From NCBI GenBank assembly GCA_016869375.1, contig VGEH01000006.1, forward strand, positions 1 through 59,539: a stretch of 59,539 nucleotides of DNA, read 5' to 3'. The notes beneath the pieces were generated by a model. The model made no database searches, was not told the origin of the DNA, and saw nothing but the letters and a program-made list of their open reading frames with translations. The translations under genes and the position numbers were made by a program. The stretch is from Alphaproteobacteria bacterium. Lineage in GTDB: Bacteria > Pseudomonadota > Alphaproteobacteria > SHVZ01. Below are positions 25,694-38,664 of the stretch, one piece after another; position 1 is the stretch's first letter, and the number at the start of each line of letters is the position of its first letter.

Positions 25694-26247
25694 GTGGCCA
25701 CGGAGACCACGGGCTTGATCGCTGAGCGTTATGCGTCGGCTCTTTACGAGCTGGCCGACGAGGCGAAGGCTCTCGATCAGGTCGCAGTCGATCTGAAGGC
25801 GGTGAAGGCCATGATGGCCTCCTCGCAGGACTTCGTCCGGCTGATCCGGAGCCCCGTCCTCGGGCGCTCCGATCAGGCGAAGGCGGCAACGGCGCTGGCC
25901 GAGAAGGCCGGCTTCCACGATCTTTCCAAGCGCTTCCTCGGCACGCTGGCTCAGAACCGGCGGCTGTTCGCGCTCCCCGCGGTGATCGCGGCGTTCCTGG
26001 CCGAGCTCGCGCGCCGCCGCGGCGAAGCGACCGCCGACGTCACTTCCGCCGTTGCTCTCACTCCCGCCCAGACGCAGGCGCTCGAAGAGGCGCTGAAGTC
26101 GGTGGTCGGCTCGAAGGTGTCTATCGACCTCAAGGTCGATCAGTCGCTGATCGGCGGCCTCGTCGTCCGGGTGGGTTCACGCATGATCGATACCTCGCTC
26201 GCGACCAAGCTGCGTCGCCTGCGTCTTGCCATGAAAGGGGTTGGCTG

Positions 26248-26248
<1 letters not shown>
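25694..26248 (+). CDS. atpH: ATP synthase F1 delta subunit
   Basis: GTG start, AERYASAL and [17 protein letters not shown]. Confidence 0.93.
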
Positions 26249-27777
<1,529 letters not shown>

Positions 27778-27797
27778 GCCCCGGCGGATAGAGCGCA

Positions 27798-28682
27798 ATG
27801 CCTAGCCTCAAGGACCTTCGGCTCCGGATCAACAGCGTCAAGTCGACGCAAAAGATCACGGCGGCCATGAAGCTGGTGGCCGGCGCCAAGCTGCGCCGGG
27901 CCCAGGAAGCCGCGCTGGCGGCGCGACCCTACACCGAGCGCTTGGAGCGCATGGTCGCCTCGATCGGGCGCGGCATGGCCAACAGCCCGGGCGCGCCGAA
28001 GCTGCTGGCCGGCACCGGCTCCGACAAGGTGCATCTCCTGGTCGTGGCGACCGCCGACCGCGGCCTCTGCGGCGGCTTCAACTCCACGATCGTCCGCCAG
28101 GCGCGCCAGATCATCCGCAAGCTCGAATCCGAGGGCAAGACCGTCAAGGTCATGACCGTCGGGCGCAAGGGACGCGATCAGCTCCGCCGCGACTACAGCC
28201 GCCTGATCGGCCAGACCTTCGAGGACATCGGCAAGAAGCGGCTGGCCTTCACCGAAGCCGACGCGGTCGCGCGCAAGATCCTCGAGATGTTCGAGGCCGG
28301 CGAGTTCGACGTCTGCACGATCGTGTACAACCGCTTCCGTTCCGTGATCTCGCAGATCGTCACCACCCAGCAGCTGATCCCGGTTTCGCTGCCGCCCGTC
28401 GATGCGGCGCAGACCGGCGCCGGCCAGGCGATCTACGAGTACGAGCCGGACGAGGAAGAGATCCTGAAGGCCCTCTTGCCGCGGAATCTCTCCGTCCAGG
28501 TGTTCCGTGCGCTGCTCGAGAATGCCGCCTCCGAGCAGGGTGCGCGCATGACCGCGATGGACAATGCGACGCGCAACGCCGGCGAAATGATCGGCAAGCT
28601 GACCATCACCTATAACCGCTCGCGCCAGGCCACCATCACCAAGGAGCTGATCGAGATCATCTCCGGTGCGGAAGCCGTCTGA
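27798..28682 (+). CDS. atpG: ATP synthase F1 gamma subunit
   Basis: [16 protein letters not shown] and [16 protein letters not shown]. Confidence 0.97.
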   Translation: MPSLKDLRLRINSVKSTQKITAAMKLVAGAKLRRAQEAALAARPYTERLERMVASIGRGMANSPGAPKLLAGTGSDKVHLLVVATADRGLCGGFNSTIVRQARQIIRKLESEGKTVKVMTVGRKGRDQLRRDYSRLIGQTFEDIGKKRLAFTEADAVARKILEMFEAGEFDVCTIVYNRFRSVISQIVTTQQLIPVSLPPVDAAQTGAGQAIYEYEPDEEEILKALLPRNLSVQVFRALLENAASEQGARMTAMDNATRNAGEMIGKLTITYNRSRQATITKELIEIISGAEAV

Positions 28683-30143
<1,461 letters not shown>

Positions 30144-30145
30144 AG

Positions 30146-30547
30146 ATGGCCGAGACGACCGAGTTCGAGCTGGTCACGCCGGAGAAGCTGGTCTTCTCCG
30201 AGCGGGCCGAGATGGTGGTGGTGCCGGGGACGGAAGGCCTGTTCGCGGCGATGCCCCGGCATGCGCCGTTCATCTCGACGCTCAAGCCTGGCGTGCTCGA
30301 GGTCTACGAGGGCGGCAAGGTCAAGCAGCGCATCTTCGTCGCCGGCGGCTTCGCCGAGGTGACGCCGGAGCGGCTGACCGTGCTGGCCGAAGAGGCGATG
30401 CCGGTCGCCGACATCGATCGCGGCCAAGTCGAAGCGAAGCTCAAGGATCTCAAGGACGATCTCGCCGCCGCCAAGTCCGACGCCGAGAAGGCGCAGGTCC
30501 TGGGTGCCATCGAGGTCGCCGAAGCGAAGCTCAAGGCCGCGGCATAA
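30146..30547 (+). CDS. atpC: ATP synthase F1 epsilon subunit
   Basis: LVTPEK, PGTEG..HAP and FVAGGFAEV. Confidence 0.95.
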   Translation: MAETTEFELVTPEKLVFSERAEMVVVPGTEGLFAAMPRHAPFISTLKPGVLEVYEGGKVKQRIFVAGGFAEVTPERLTVLAEEAMPVADIDRGQVEAKLKDLKDDLAAAKSDAEKAQVLGAIEVAEAKLKAAA

Positions 30548-30572
30548 CCGCCCGATATCCCTGAATTCTTCC

Positions 30573-30612
30573 GGGGGCCGCCTTGCTCGCGCAAAGGCGG
30601 CCCTTCATATTT
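30573..30612 (+). terminator. Probable terminator after the atp operon
   Basis: Stem GGGCCGCCTT..AAGGCGGCCC followed by a weak T-rich tail. Confidence 0.55.
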
Positions 30613-30617
30613 CAGCC

Positions 30618-31427
30618 ATGTCCCGCTGGACCCTCGACGATATTCCCTGGGACCGTTTCGATCCCGCCAGGTTCGATCCGGACCTGCTGGCCGTCGCGAA
30701 GGCCGCGAGCCTGGTCGAGCGCAACGGCGGCGACTACGCCACATATCTCTGCAACGTCTTCGCCGACGATCCCGAGATGCAGGAAGCCGCGCGCGTCTGG
30801 GGCACGGAAGAGGTTCAACACGGCATGGCGCTCGGCCGCTGGGCCCGGCTGGCCGATCCGTCCTTCGATTTCGACGGCGCCTTCGCCCGCTTCGCGCAAG
30901 TGATCAAGCTGCCGCTCGATGCTGCCCAGTCGGTGCGCGGCAGCCGCGCCGGCGAGCTCGTCGCGCGCTGCATGGTCGAGGTCGGGACCAGCTCCTACTA
31001 CACGGCGCTCGCCGAGCAATGCGAGGAGCCCGTGCTGCAGGCGATCTGCCGCAAGATCGCCGCCGACGAGCATCGCCACTACAAGCTCTTCTACACCCAC
31101 CTCGACCGCTACATCGCGCGCGAGAGGCTGGGATTCTGGGGGCGGCTCCGCGTCGCCGCCGGACGGATCGGCGAGTCCGAGGACGACGAGCTCGCCTTCG
31201 CCTATCACGCCGCCAACGAGAACGGTCCCTATGACCGCGCCGCCTCGAATCGCGCCTATGCGCGCCGAGCCTACAGCTACTATCGCCGCCCGCATGTCGA
31301 GCGCGGCCTCGCCATGGCGTTCAAGGCGATCGGTCTCGCCCCCCAGGGACGGCTGCATCGCATCGCTTCCTCGCTCGCCTGGACCTATATTCGCAGCCGC
31401 GCGCGCCGCCTCGCTCGCGCCGCCTGA
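30618..31427 (+). CDS. Ferritin-like di-iron domain protein
   Basis: LVE, EEVQH, MVE and DEHRH fit the carboxylate-bridged di-iron pattern. Confidence 0.8.
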   Translation: MSRWTLDDIPWDRFDPARFDPDLLAVAKAASLVERNGGDYATYLCNVFADDPEMQEAARVWGTEEVQHGMALGRWARLADPSFDFDGAFARFAQVIKLPLDAAQSVRGSRAGELVARCMVEVGTSSYYTALAEQCEEPVLQAICRKIAADEHRHYKLFYTHLDRYIARERLGFWGRLRVAAGRIGESEDDELAFAYHAANENGPYDRAASNRAYARRAYSYYRRPHVERGLAMAFKAIGLAPQGRLHRIASSLAWTYIRSRARRLARAA

Positions 31428-31441
31428 TCGCCGGGGGTTCC

Positions 31442-32647
31442 ATGAAGGTCACCGCGCTCGAAACGGTCCAGGTTCCGGACCGTCGTAACCTCCTGTGGGT
31501 TCGCGTCCACACCGACGAGGGGCTGATCGGCCTCGGCGAGAGCTTCCGTGGCGCCGATACGGTCGCGGCCTATATCCACGACCAGGTCGCGCCATATCTG
31601 CTCGGCGCCGATCCGCTGGCGATCGAGAAGCACTCCCGGCACCTGCTGCAGAATTATCTCGGCTACGGCGCCACCTCGGCCGAGGTGCGCTCGGCCTCCG
31701 CGATCGACATCGCGCTCTGGGACGTCTTCGGCAAGGCGACGGGGAAGCCGATCCACCAGCTTCTCGGCGGCCAGAGCCGCGACAAGATCCGCGCCTACAA
31801 CACCTGCGCCGGCTACAGCTACAACGCCAAGGGCGCGACGCGGACCGAATACGTGCCATGGGAGCCGGCGCCGGCGCCGAACGGCCCCTATGACGACCAG
31901 ATGAACTTCGTACACCGGCCGGAGGAGCTCGCCCAGAGCCTGATCGAGGAAGGCTTCCAGGCGATGAAGATCTGGCCGATCGATCCCTTCGCCGCGCGCA
32001 CCGGCGGGCTCGATATCGCGGCGGCCGATCTGAAGGTGGCGCTGGAGCCCTTCGAGCGCATCCGCAAGGCCGTTGGCGACAGGATCGAGGTCGCGGCCGA
32101 GCTGCATTCGATGTGGGGGCTGACCGCCGCGCTCAAGATCGCGCGCGGCCTGAAGCCGCTCAACCCGCTGTGGTCGGAGGACCCGATCAAGATGGATACG
32201 ATCCCGGCGCTCGCCGAATACCGCCGGCTCTCCGGTCTTCCAGTCTGCGCCAGCGAGACGCTGGCGACGCGCACGCAGTTCCGCGACCTCCTCGTGCAGG
32301 AAGCCGTCGACGTCGTCATGCTCGATATCGGCTGGTGCGGCGGTCTTTCGGAGGCACGCAAGATCGGCGCCATGGCGGAAGCCTTCTCCAAGCCGATCAC
32401 GCCGCATGACTGCACCGGCCCGGTGGTGCTGACGGCTTCGGTGCATCTCTCGATGCACCTCTCCAACGCCGTGTTCCAGGAAGTCGTCCGCGCCTATCTC
32501 GCGACCTGGTATCGCGACCTCGTCACCGTGCTGCCGAAGCTCGACAAGGGTTTTGTGTACCCGATGACCGGTCCCGGCCTCGGAACCGAGCTGCAGCCCG
32601 ACGTGCTGAAGCGCAAGGACGCGATCGTGCGGGTGACGAAGGCGTAG
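31442..32647 (+). CDS. Mandelate racemase/muconate lactonizing enzyme family protein
   Basis: TDEGLIGLGE, SAIDIALWD..GK, MKIW, EDP, SE and PHDC. Confidence 0.88.
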   Translation: MKVTALETVQVPDRRNLLWVRVHTDEGLIGLGESFRGADTVAAYIHDQVAPYLLGADPLAIEKHSRHLLQNYLGYGATSAEVRSASAIDIALWDVFGKATGKPIHQLLGGQSRDKIRAYNTCAGYSYNAKGATRTEYVPWEPAPAPNGPYDDQMNFVHRPEELAQSLIEEGFQAMKIWPIDPFAARTGGLDIAAADLKVALEPFERIRKAVGDRIEVAAELHSMWGLTAALKIARGLKPLNPLWSEDPIKMDTIPALAEYRRLSGLPVCASETLATRTQFRDLLVQEAVDVVMLDIGWCGGLSEARKIGAMAEAFSKPITPHDCTGPVVLTASVHLSMHLSNAVFQEVVRAYLATWYRDLVTVLPKLDKGFVYPMTGPGLGTELQPDVLKRKDAIVRVTKA

Positions 32648-32650
32648 GCC

Positions 32651-33853
32651 TCACACGCGCTCGATCACCAGCGCGATGCCCTGGCCGACGCCGATGCACA
32701 TGGTGCAGAGCGCGCGCTTGGCGCCACGGCGCTGCAGCTCGTAGCTCGCGGTCGTCGCCAGCCGCGCGCCCGAGGCGCCGAGCGGATGGCCGAGCGCGAT
32801 GGCGCCGCCATTCGGGTTCACATGCTCGGCGTCGTCGGTAAGGCCGAGCTGGCGCGTGACGGCAAGCGCCTGCGCGGCGAAGGCCTCGTTGAGCTCGATC
32901 ACGTCGATATCGCCGATCTTCAGGCCCAGCCGGGTCAGCAGCTTCTGGGACGCCGGGGCCGGACCGATGCCCATCACGCGCGGCTCGACGCCCGCGGTCG
33001 CCATGCCGAGGATGCGCGCGCGCGGCGTCAGCCCGTGCTTCTTCGCCGCCGCCTCCGACGCGACGATCAGCGCGCAGGCGCCGTCATTGACGCCCGAGGC
33101 GTTGCCGGCGGTGACGGTGCCGTCTTTGCGGAACGGCGCGGGCAGCTTGGCCAGCGCCTCGATCGAGGTGGCGCGTGGATGCTCGTCGCGGGCGACGATG
33201 ACCGGATCGCCTTTCCGTGCGGGGATCGTCACCTTGACAATCTCCTCGGCGAATCTGCCGGCCTCGATCGCAGCCGAGGCGCGGGCCTGGCTGCGAAGCG
33301 CGAAGCCGTCCTGGTCAGCGCGGTTGATCTGATAATCGACGGCGACGTTTTCGGCGGTCTCCGGCATGGAGTCGACGCCGTACCTCTCCTTCATCAGCTT
33401 GTTGACGAAGCGCCAGCCGATGGTCGTGTCGTAGATCTCGGCGTTGCGCGAGAAGGCCTCGGTCGCCTTCGGCATGACGAAGGGGGAGCGGCTCATGCTC
33501 TCGACGCCACCTGCGATCGTCAGCTCGGCCTCGCCGGTCCTGATCGCGCGGGCGGCCGAGCCGACGGCGTCGAGGCCCGAGCCGCAGAGGCGGTTGATCG
33601 TGGCGCCCGGCACGCTCGACGGCAGCCCGGCGAGCAGGAGGGCCATGCGGGCGACGTTGCGGTTGTCCTCGCCCGCCTGATTGACGCAGCCATAGAGCAC
33701 CTCGTCCAGCGCCTGCCAGTCGACCTTCGGGTTGCGCTCCATCAAGGCCTTCAGGGGGATGGTCCCGAGGTCGTCGGTACGGACCTGGGCAAGCGAGCCG
33801 CCGAAGCGGCCGATGGGCGTGCGGACGGCATCGCAGATGAAGGCCTCGACCAT
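32651..33853 (-). CDS. pcaF: 3-oxoadipyl-CoA thiolase
   Basis: [28 protein letters not shown] and CIGVGQG. Confidence 0.88.
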   Translation of the reverse strand: MVEAFICDAVRTPIGRFGGSLAQVRTDDLGTIPLKALMERNPKVDWQALDEVLYGCVNQAGEDNRNVARMALLLAGLPSSVPGATINRLCGSGLDAVGSAARAIRTGEAELTIAGGVESMSRSPFVMPKATEAFSRNAEIYDTTIGWRFVNKLMKERYGVDSMPETAENVAVDYQINRADQDGFALRSQARASAAIEAGRFAEEIVKVTIPARKGDPVIVARDEHPRATSIEALAKLPAPFRKDGTVTAGNASGVNDGACALIVASEAAAKKHGLTPRARILGMATAGVEPRVMGIGPAPASQKLLTRLGLKIGDIDVIELNEAFAAQALAVTRQLGLTDDAEHVNPNGGAIALGHPLGASGARLATTASYELQRRGAKRALCTMCIGVGQGIALVIERV

Positions 33854-34073
33854 GCGGGCGGTCTCCAGGGAAAGGCGGGGCGGGGAAGATAGCCCGAGTT
33901 CGCGGGACGGGTTACGGGGGATTCGCCGATCCGGGATATGTTCATTATTTGTTCTCTAAAGAGAAATTTCACTCCTCCGGGAGGGTTAGTCCGAACACCT
34001 TGACCTAGAAGCCGTTTTGGGGATGATCCCCGCACCCGACGGGGGCCAGGGGGCTCCGGGACGAGGTGGACCT

Positions 34074-35090
34074 ATGATCAATATCGCCCAGTTCGGCGCC
34101 GGTCGGATCGGCGCCATTCATGCCGACGATCTGGCCCGCAGCGGGGACGCGAAGCTCCTCTACATCGTGGACGTCAACGAGGCGGCGGCGAAAGCGATTG
34201 CCGCTCGGACCGGGGCGCAGGTCACGGATGCCAAGACCGCGCTCGGCGACCCGCGGGTCCACGCCGTCATCATCGCGTCATCGACCGACACGCACGCCGA
34301 TCTCGCCATCCGCGCCGCCAAGGCCGGCAAGGCGATCTTCTGCGAGAAGCCGATCGACCTGTCGCTGAAGCGCGTCGATCAGTGCCTGGCCGAGGTCGAG
34401 AAGGCGCGGGTGCCGATGTTCGTCGGCTTCAACCGCCGCTTCGATCCCTCCTTCCGCGCGCTGCACAACCGCGTCGCCGAGGGCGAGATCGGCGTCGTCG
34501 AGCAGGTGATCATCTCCAGCCGCGATCCCGGCCTGCCGCCGCTCTCCTATCTCAAGGTCTCCGGCGGCCAGTTCCGCGACATGACCATCCACGATTTCGA
34601 CATGGCACGCTGGCTGCTCGGCGAGGAGCCGGTCGAGCTGTTCGCCACCGGAAGCGCGCTGGTCGACCCGCAGGTCGGCAAGCTCGGCGACATCGACTCG
34701 GCCATGGTGGTGATGCGCACCGCTTCCGGGAAGCTTTGCCACATCAACAACAGCCGCCGTGCCACCTATGGCTACGACCAGCGCATCGAGGTGCACGGGT
34801 CGAAGGGCCGCCTGATGGCGAGCAACCACGTGCAGACCTCGGTCGAGCTCGCGAACGAGAAGTCGATCTCGACCGACAAGCCGCTCTACTTCTTCCTCGA
34901 GCGCTATGCCGAGGCATACAAGGCGGAGCTCGCCGCGTTTCTGGCGGCGCTGAAGGGCAAGAAGCGGATGCCGGTCAGCGCCGACGACGGACGCCAGGCC
35001 CTCGTGCTCGCGGAAGCGGCGCTAGCCTCGCTGAAGTCGCATGAGGCGGTGAAGGTCAAGGAACTCGAAAAGAAGTTCAAGAAATCATGA
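34074..35090 (+). CDS. iolG: myo-inositol 2-dehydrogenase
   Basis: GAGRIG, CEKP, GFNRRFD, DMTIHDFD and YGYDQRIE. Confidence 0.9.
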   Translation: MINIAQFGAGRIGAIHADDLARSGDAKLLYIVDVNEAAAKAIAARTGAQVTDAKTALGDPRVHAVIIASSTDTHADLAIRAAKAGKAIFCEKPIDLSLKRVDQCLAEVEKARVPMFVGFNRRFDPSFRALHNRVAEGEIGVVEQVIISSRDPGLPPLSYLKVSGGQFRDMTIHDFDMARWLLGEEPVELFATGSALVDPQVGKLGDIDSAMVVMRTASGKLCHINNSRRATYGYDQRIEVHGSKGRLMASNHVQTSVELANEKSISTDKPLYFFLERYAEAYKAELAAFLAALKGKKRMPVSADDGRQALVLAEAALASLKSHEAVKVKELEKKFKKS

Positions 35091-35863
35091 AGCTGAGTCT
35101 TTCTGGCAAGGTCATCCTCGTCACCGGCGCCACGCAGGGCGTCGGCGAAGGTGTCGCCCGCGCTGCCGTCGAAGCCGGTTGCGCCGGCCTCGTCCTTACA
35201 GGCCGCAGCGCCGAGCGCGGCAACGCGCTGGCGAAAGACCTCTCCAAGAGCTGCCCTGCGATCTTCGTCGCCGCCGATCTCGCCGACCCCGCCGCGACGA
35301 AGCGCGTGGTCGCCGAGGGCGCCAAGACGTTCCCGACCATCGACGGGCTGGTGAATGCCGCCGGCCTCACCGACCGCGGCACCATCTTCGACACCTCGGT
35401 CGAGCTCTGGGACCTGCTCTACGCGGTCAACGTCCGCGCCCCTTTCATCCTGACGCAGGAGATCGCGACCCGGCTGCGCGACCAGAAGAAACCTGGCAGC
35501 ATTGTCAACGTCATCACCATGTCGAGCCATGGCGGCCAGCCCTTCCTGACGGCCTACTCCTCGTCGAAGGGCGCGCTCGCCACGCTCACCAAGAACACCG
35601 CGCATGCGCTTCGCAAGAACCGGATCCGCGTCAACGGCCTCAACATCGGCTGGATGGACACGCCCGGCGAGCACGCGATCAAGGCGCGCGAAGGCCAACC
35701 CGGAAACTGGCTCGAGATTGCCGAGAAGAGCCAGCCCTTCGGCCGCCTGCTGAAGCCGAGGGACGCCGCGGTGCTGGCGGTGTATCTTCTCTCGGACGCG
35801 TCCGAGCTGGTGACCGGCTCGGTGATCGACGTCGACCAGAACGTCATGGGCGCTTACGACTGA
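35087..35863 (+). CDS. SDR family oxidoreductase (inositol-cluster type)
   Basis: TGATQGVG, NAAG and YSSSK. ATGA overlap with iolG. Confidence 0.88.
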   Translation: MKLSLSGKVILVTGATQGVGEGVARAAVEAGCAGLVLTGRSAERGNALAKDLSKSCPAIFVAADLADPAATKRVVAEGAKTFPTIDGLVNAAGLTDRGTIFDTSVELWDLLYAVNVRAPFILTQEIATRLRDQKKPGSIVNVITMSSHGGQPFLTAYSSSKGALATLTKNTAHALRKNRIRVNGLNIGWMDTPGEHAIKAREGQPGNWLEIAEKSQPFGRLLKPRDAAVLAVYLLSDASELVTGSVIDVDQNVMGAYD

Positions 35864-35895
35864 AGCTTGCGCTTCTCATCGGCTCTCTCGTCGTC

Positions 35896-36102
35896 ATGCT
35901 GCTGTTGGCTCTCGCCGGCGCGGCCTGGCTGCTCAATGCCATGGATGCGGTCTCGATCGGCGTCCATGGCTGGATCGCGCTGATCCTTGGCGTCGTCTTC
36001 TCGCTCGCCGTCGGCGGCGGGCTGATGGCGCTGGTGTTCATCTCCAGCCGCCGCGGCCATGACGAGGCGGTCCACGACGTACGCCCGGACGATCACGCCT
36101 GA
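35896..36102 (+). CDS. Small hypothetical membrane protein (start uncertain)
   Basis: Hydrophobic ORF ending GLMALVFISSRRGHDE that fills the gap in the operon. TGATG coupling to the next gene. Confidence 0.6.
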   Translation: MLLLALAGAAWLLNAMDAVSIGVHGWIALILGVVFSLAVGGGLMALVFISSRRGHDEAVHDVRPDDHA

Positions 36103-36488
36103 TGCCACACCCGCCGATCGACCAGCAGATCACCTGGGTCTACACCAATGACCTGCCGGGGACCGCGCGGTTCTACGGCGAGACGATCGGGCTGGAGCAG
36201 GTGCTCGACCAGGGCGGCTGTCGCATCTTCAAGACCTCGGCGACGTCGTTCATCGGCGTCTGCCCGGTCAGGCCCGGCCGCTTCGTCGAGCCCAAGGGCG
36301 TGGTGCTTACGCTGGTCACCGACAAAGTCGATGAATGGCATGAGATGCTGAAGGCGAAGGGCGTTATCATCCTGGAGCCGCCGACCTTCCACCCGAGCTT
36401 CGCCGTCTACTGCCTCTTCGCCGCCGATCCCAACGGCTACAAGCTCGAGTTCCAGGAGTTCCGCACGCCGGCCTGGAAGAAGCCCTAG
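36102..36488 (+). CDS. VOC/glyoxalase family protein
   Basis: FY..IGL and DPNGYKLEFQ. Confidence 0.85.
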   Translation: MPHPPIDQQITWVYTNDLPGTARFYGETIGLEQVLDQGGCRIFKTSATSFIGVCPVRPGRFVEPKGVVLTLVTDKVDEWHEMLKAKGVIILEPPTFHPSFAVYCLFAADPNGYKLEFQEFRTPAWKKP

Positions 36489-36610
36489 AGGCAATAGGCG
36501 AGGAAGGTTTCCCACGCGATCTCGGCGCCGAAGCGGCCCCAGAGGCCGAGCGCGAGGATGAAGAGCCCGGCGAAGCCGGCAGCGAAGAGCGCGATGATCG
36601 CCCGGGTCAC
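36485..36610 (-). CDS. 41-aa single-pass membrane protein
   Basis: GTG start overlaps the MFS stop. Sequence is TRAIIALFAAGFAGLFILALGLWGRFGAEIAWETFLAYCL. Confidence 0.5.
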   Translation of the reverse strand: MTRAIIALFAAGFAGLFILALGLWGRFGAEIAWETFLAYCL

Positions 36611-37794
36611 GTCGCCGGTGCCGGCGCGCGTACCAGCGGCCGGTCGGCGATCGGCGCATGCAGGATCGCAGCGGCGATGCCGAGCGCGACGGACGCCCAC
36701 CAGATCGGATCGTAGGAGCCGGTGGCGTCGAATACGCGCCCGCCGAGCCAGGCACCGAGGAAGCTTCCGACCTGGTGCGAGAAGAACACCGTGCCGTAGA
36801 GCATCGACATGTAGGCGGGTCCGAAGATCTGGGCGACGAGGCCCGAGGTCAGCGGCACCGTGCCGAGCCAGAGGAAGCCCAGCGCCGCGCCGAAGACCAG
36901 CACGCTCGTCTCCGAGACCGGCGCCAGCAGGAACAGCACGAAAGTCAGCGAGCGCAGCAAATAGAGCAGTGACAGCACGTATTTCTTGCGGTATCGGCCG
37001 CCGAGCCAGCCCGCGATCAGTGTGCCGGCGATGTTGAAGAGGCCGATCAGCGACAGCGACGCGGCGCCGAGCCAGGAGGGCAGCCCCTTGTCGGCGATGA
37101 AGGCGGGCAAGTGCACGGCGACGAAGGTCACCTGGAAGCCGCAGACGAAGAAGCCGGCGGTCAGGAGCCAGAAGCCGGAGTGGGTCGAGGCCTCGCGGAT
37201 CGCTTCGCTCAGCGTCTGCTGCATGCCCGGCACGATCTTGCGCTCGCCGAGGCCGTAGGCGAGCGGCACGATCGCGAAGCTGATCGCCGCCAGCAGCAGC
37301 AGCGACATCGACCAGCCATAGCCGGTGAGGAAGGCCTGTCCCACCGGCACGATGGCGAACTGGCCGAAGGAGCCGCCGGCGCTGGCGATGCCGAGCGCGA
37401 GGCTGCGATGTTCCGGCGGCGCCGCGCGGCCGACGGCGCCCAGCACGACCGAGAATCCCGAGATGCCCAGCGCGATGCCGACCGTCGTCAGGCCGAGCTG
37501 GACGATGCCGACGCTGGCGCCCGAGGCTGCCATCAGCAGTCCGGCGACGTAGACGAGGCCGCCGACGACGCAGACCTTGATCGGCCCCTGCTTGTCGGCG
37601 ACGGCGCCGGCGAAGGGTGCGACCAGGCCCCAAAGCAGGTTCTGCGAAGCGATCGCGATGGCGAAAGCCTCGCGGCTCATGCCGAGATCGACGCTCATCG
37701 GTCCCAGGAACAGGCCGAAGGAGGCGCGGATGCCGAGCGCCAGGGTCATGACCGTGGCGCCGCAGAGAATGATGATCCAGAGCTGCGGCGCCAT
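36607..37794 (-). CDS. MFS transporter
   Basis: About 12 hydrophobic segments and GAVADKQG motif A. Confidence 0.9.
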   Translation of the reverse strand: MAPQLWIIILCGATVMTLALGIRASFGLFLGPMSVDLGMSREAFAIAIASQNLLWGLVAPFAGAVADKQGPIKVCVVGGLVYVAGLLMAASGASVGIVQLGLTTVGIALGISGFSVVLGAVGRAAPPEHRSLALGIASAGGSFGQFAIVPVGQAFLTGYGWSMSLLLLAAISFAIVPLAYGLGERKIVPGMQQTLSEAIREASTHSGFWLLTAGFFVCGFQVTFVAVHLPAFIADKGLPSWLGAASLSLIGLFNIAGTLIAGWLGGRYRKKYVLSLLYLLRSLTFVLFLLAPVSETSVLVFGAALGFLWLGTVPLTSGLVAQIFGPAYMSMLYGTVFFSHQVGSFLGAWLGGRVFDATGSYDPIWWASVALGIAAAILHAPIADRPLVRAPAPAT

Positions 37795-37804
37795 GTCGAT
37801 GCCT

Positions 37805-38590
37805 CTAGGCGAGTTTGACTTCGGCGCTGCCAAGACCGTCGATCGAGATCTGGATGTGCTGGCCGGCGCTCGCCCAATGCGGCAGCGGCAGGCTTCCGGT
37901 CATGACGATCTGGCCGGCCTCAATCCGCTCGCCCATCGAGCCCAGATGATTGGCGAGCCAGACCAGCGACTCGAAGGGATGGCCGAGCATGTCGCTGCCC
38001 TTGCCACGCTGGACTTCCTTGCCGTCGGCGCGGGTCACGCCCGCGGCCGAGACGAGATCGATCCGGCTCCAGTCGCGGACCTCGGGCCCGAGCACGAATC
38101 CTGAGTGAAAGAAATCATCGGCGATCAGCGTCGCCGGCCCCATTGCGGCGAAGTCGCCATAGCGGTTGTCGACAATCTCGATCGCCGGATAGAGCGCGGC
38201 GACCGCGGCATCGGCGTCCTGGCGCGTGGTGCCCTTGCCGAGCGGCTTCGCCAGGCGCACCGCGACCTCGCATTCGCAGCCGAGCTTCAGGTACTGCTCT
38301 GACTTGAGCGTCGCCGGCGAGGCGAAGCGGCTAGAGGTCAGCATCGCGCCCGCGCAGGGGCCCGGCACGTTGAGCAGCTTCTGCATCGGTGCGGTGGTCG
38401 CCCCGACCTTCCAGCCGACGAGCTCGCCGCGGCCGGCCTTGGTCAGCTCCTCGCGGACGAGACGCGCGATGGCGTAGCCCTCCTCCGGGCTGGAGGGCTT
38501 CAGGGAGGCGGGGATATCGGCGACGGAGGTGCCGGCGATCCGTCGGGAGGAGATCCAGCGGGCAGCCTCCGCGCGTTGGGCGGGAGTCAT
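37805..38590 (-). CDS. 2-keto-4-pentenoate hydratase / FAH family protein
   Basis: GWKVGAT, ECEVA, EIVDNR, GHP..L.WL and MTGS. Confidence 0.85.
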   Translation of the reverse strand: MTPAQRAEAARWISSRRIAGTSVADIPASLKPSSPEEGYAIARLVREELTKAGRGELVGWKVGATTAPMQKLLNVPGPCAGAMLTSSRFASPATLKSEQYLKLGCECEVAVRLAKPLGKGTTRQDADAAVAALYPAIEIVDNRYGDFAAMGPATLIADDFFHSGFVLGPEVRDWSRIDLVSAAGVTRADGKEVQRGKGSDMLGHPFESLVWLANHLGSMGERIEAGQIVMTGSLPLPHWASAGQHIQISIDGLGSAEVKLA

Positions 38591-38664
38591 GCGGCCATGC
38601 TTCGCCCGGTTCCCCCGGTGTGTCAACCGCCGGGGCTGTGCTACGCAACTGGCCGGAGGTGCCG

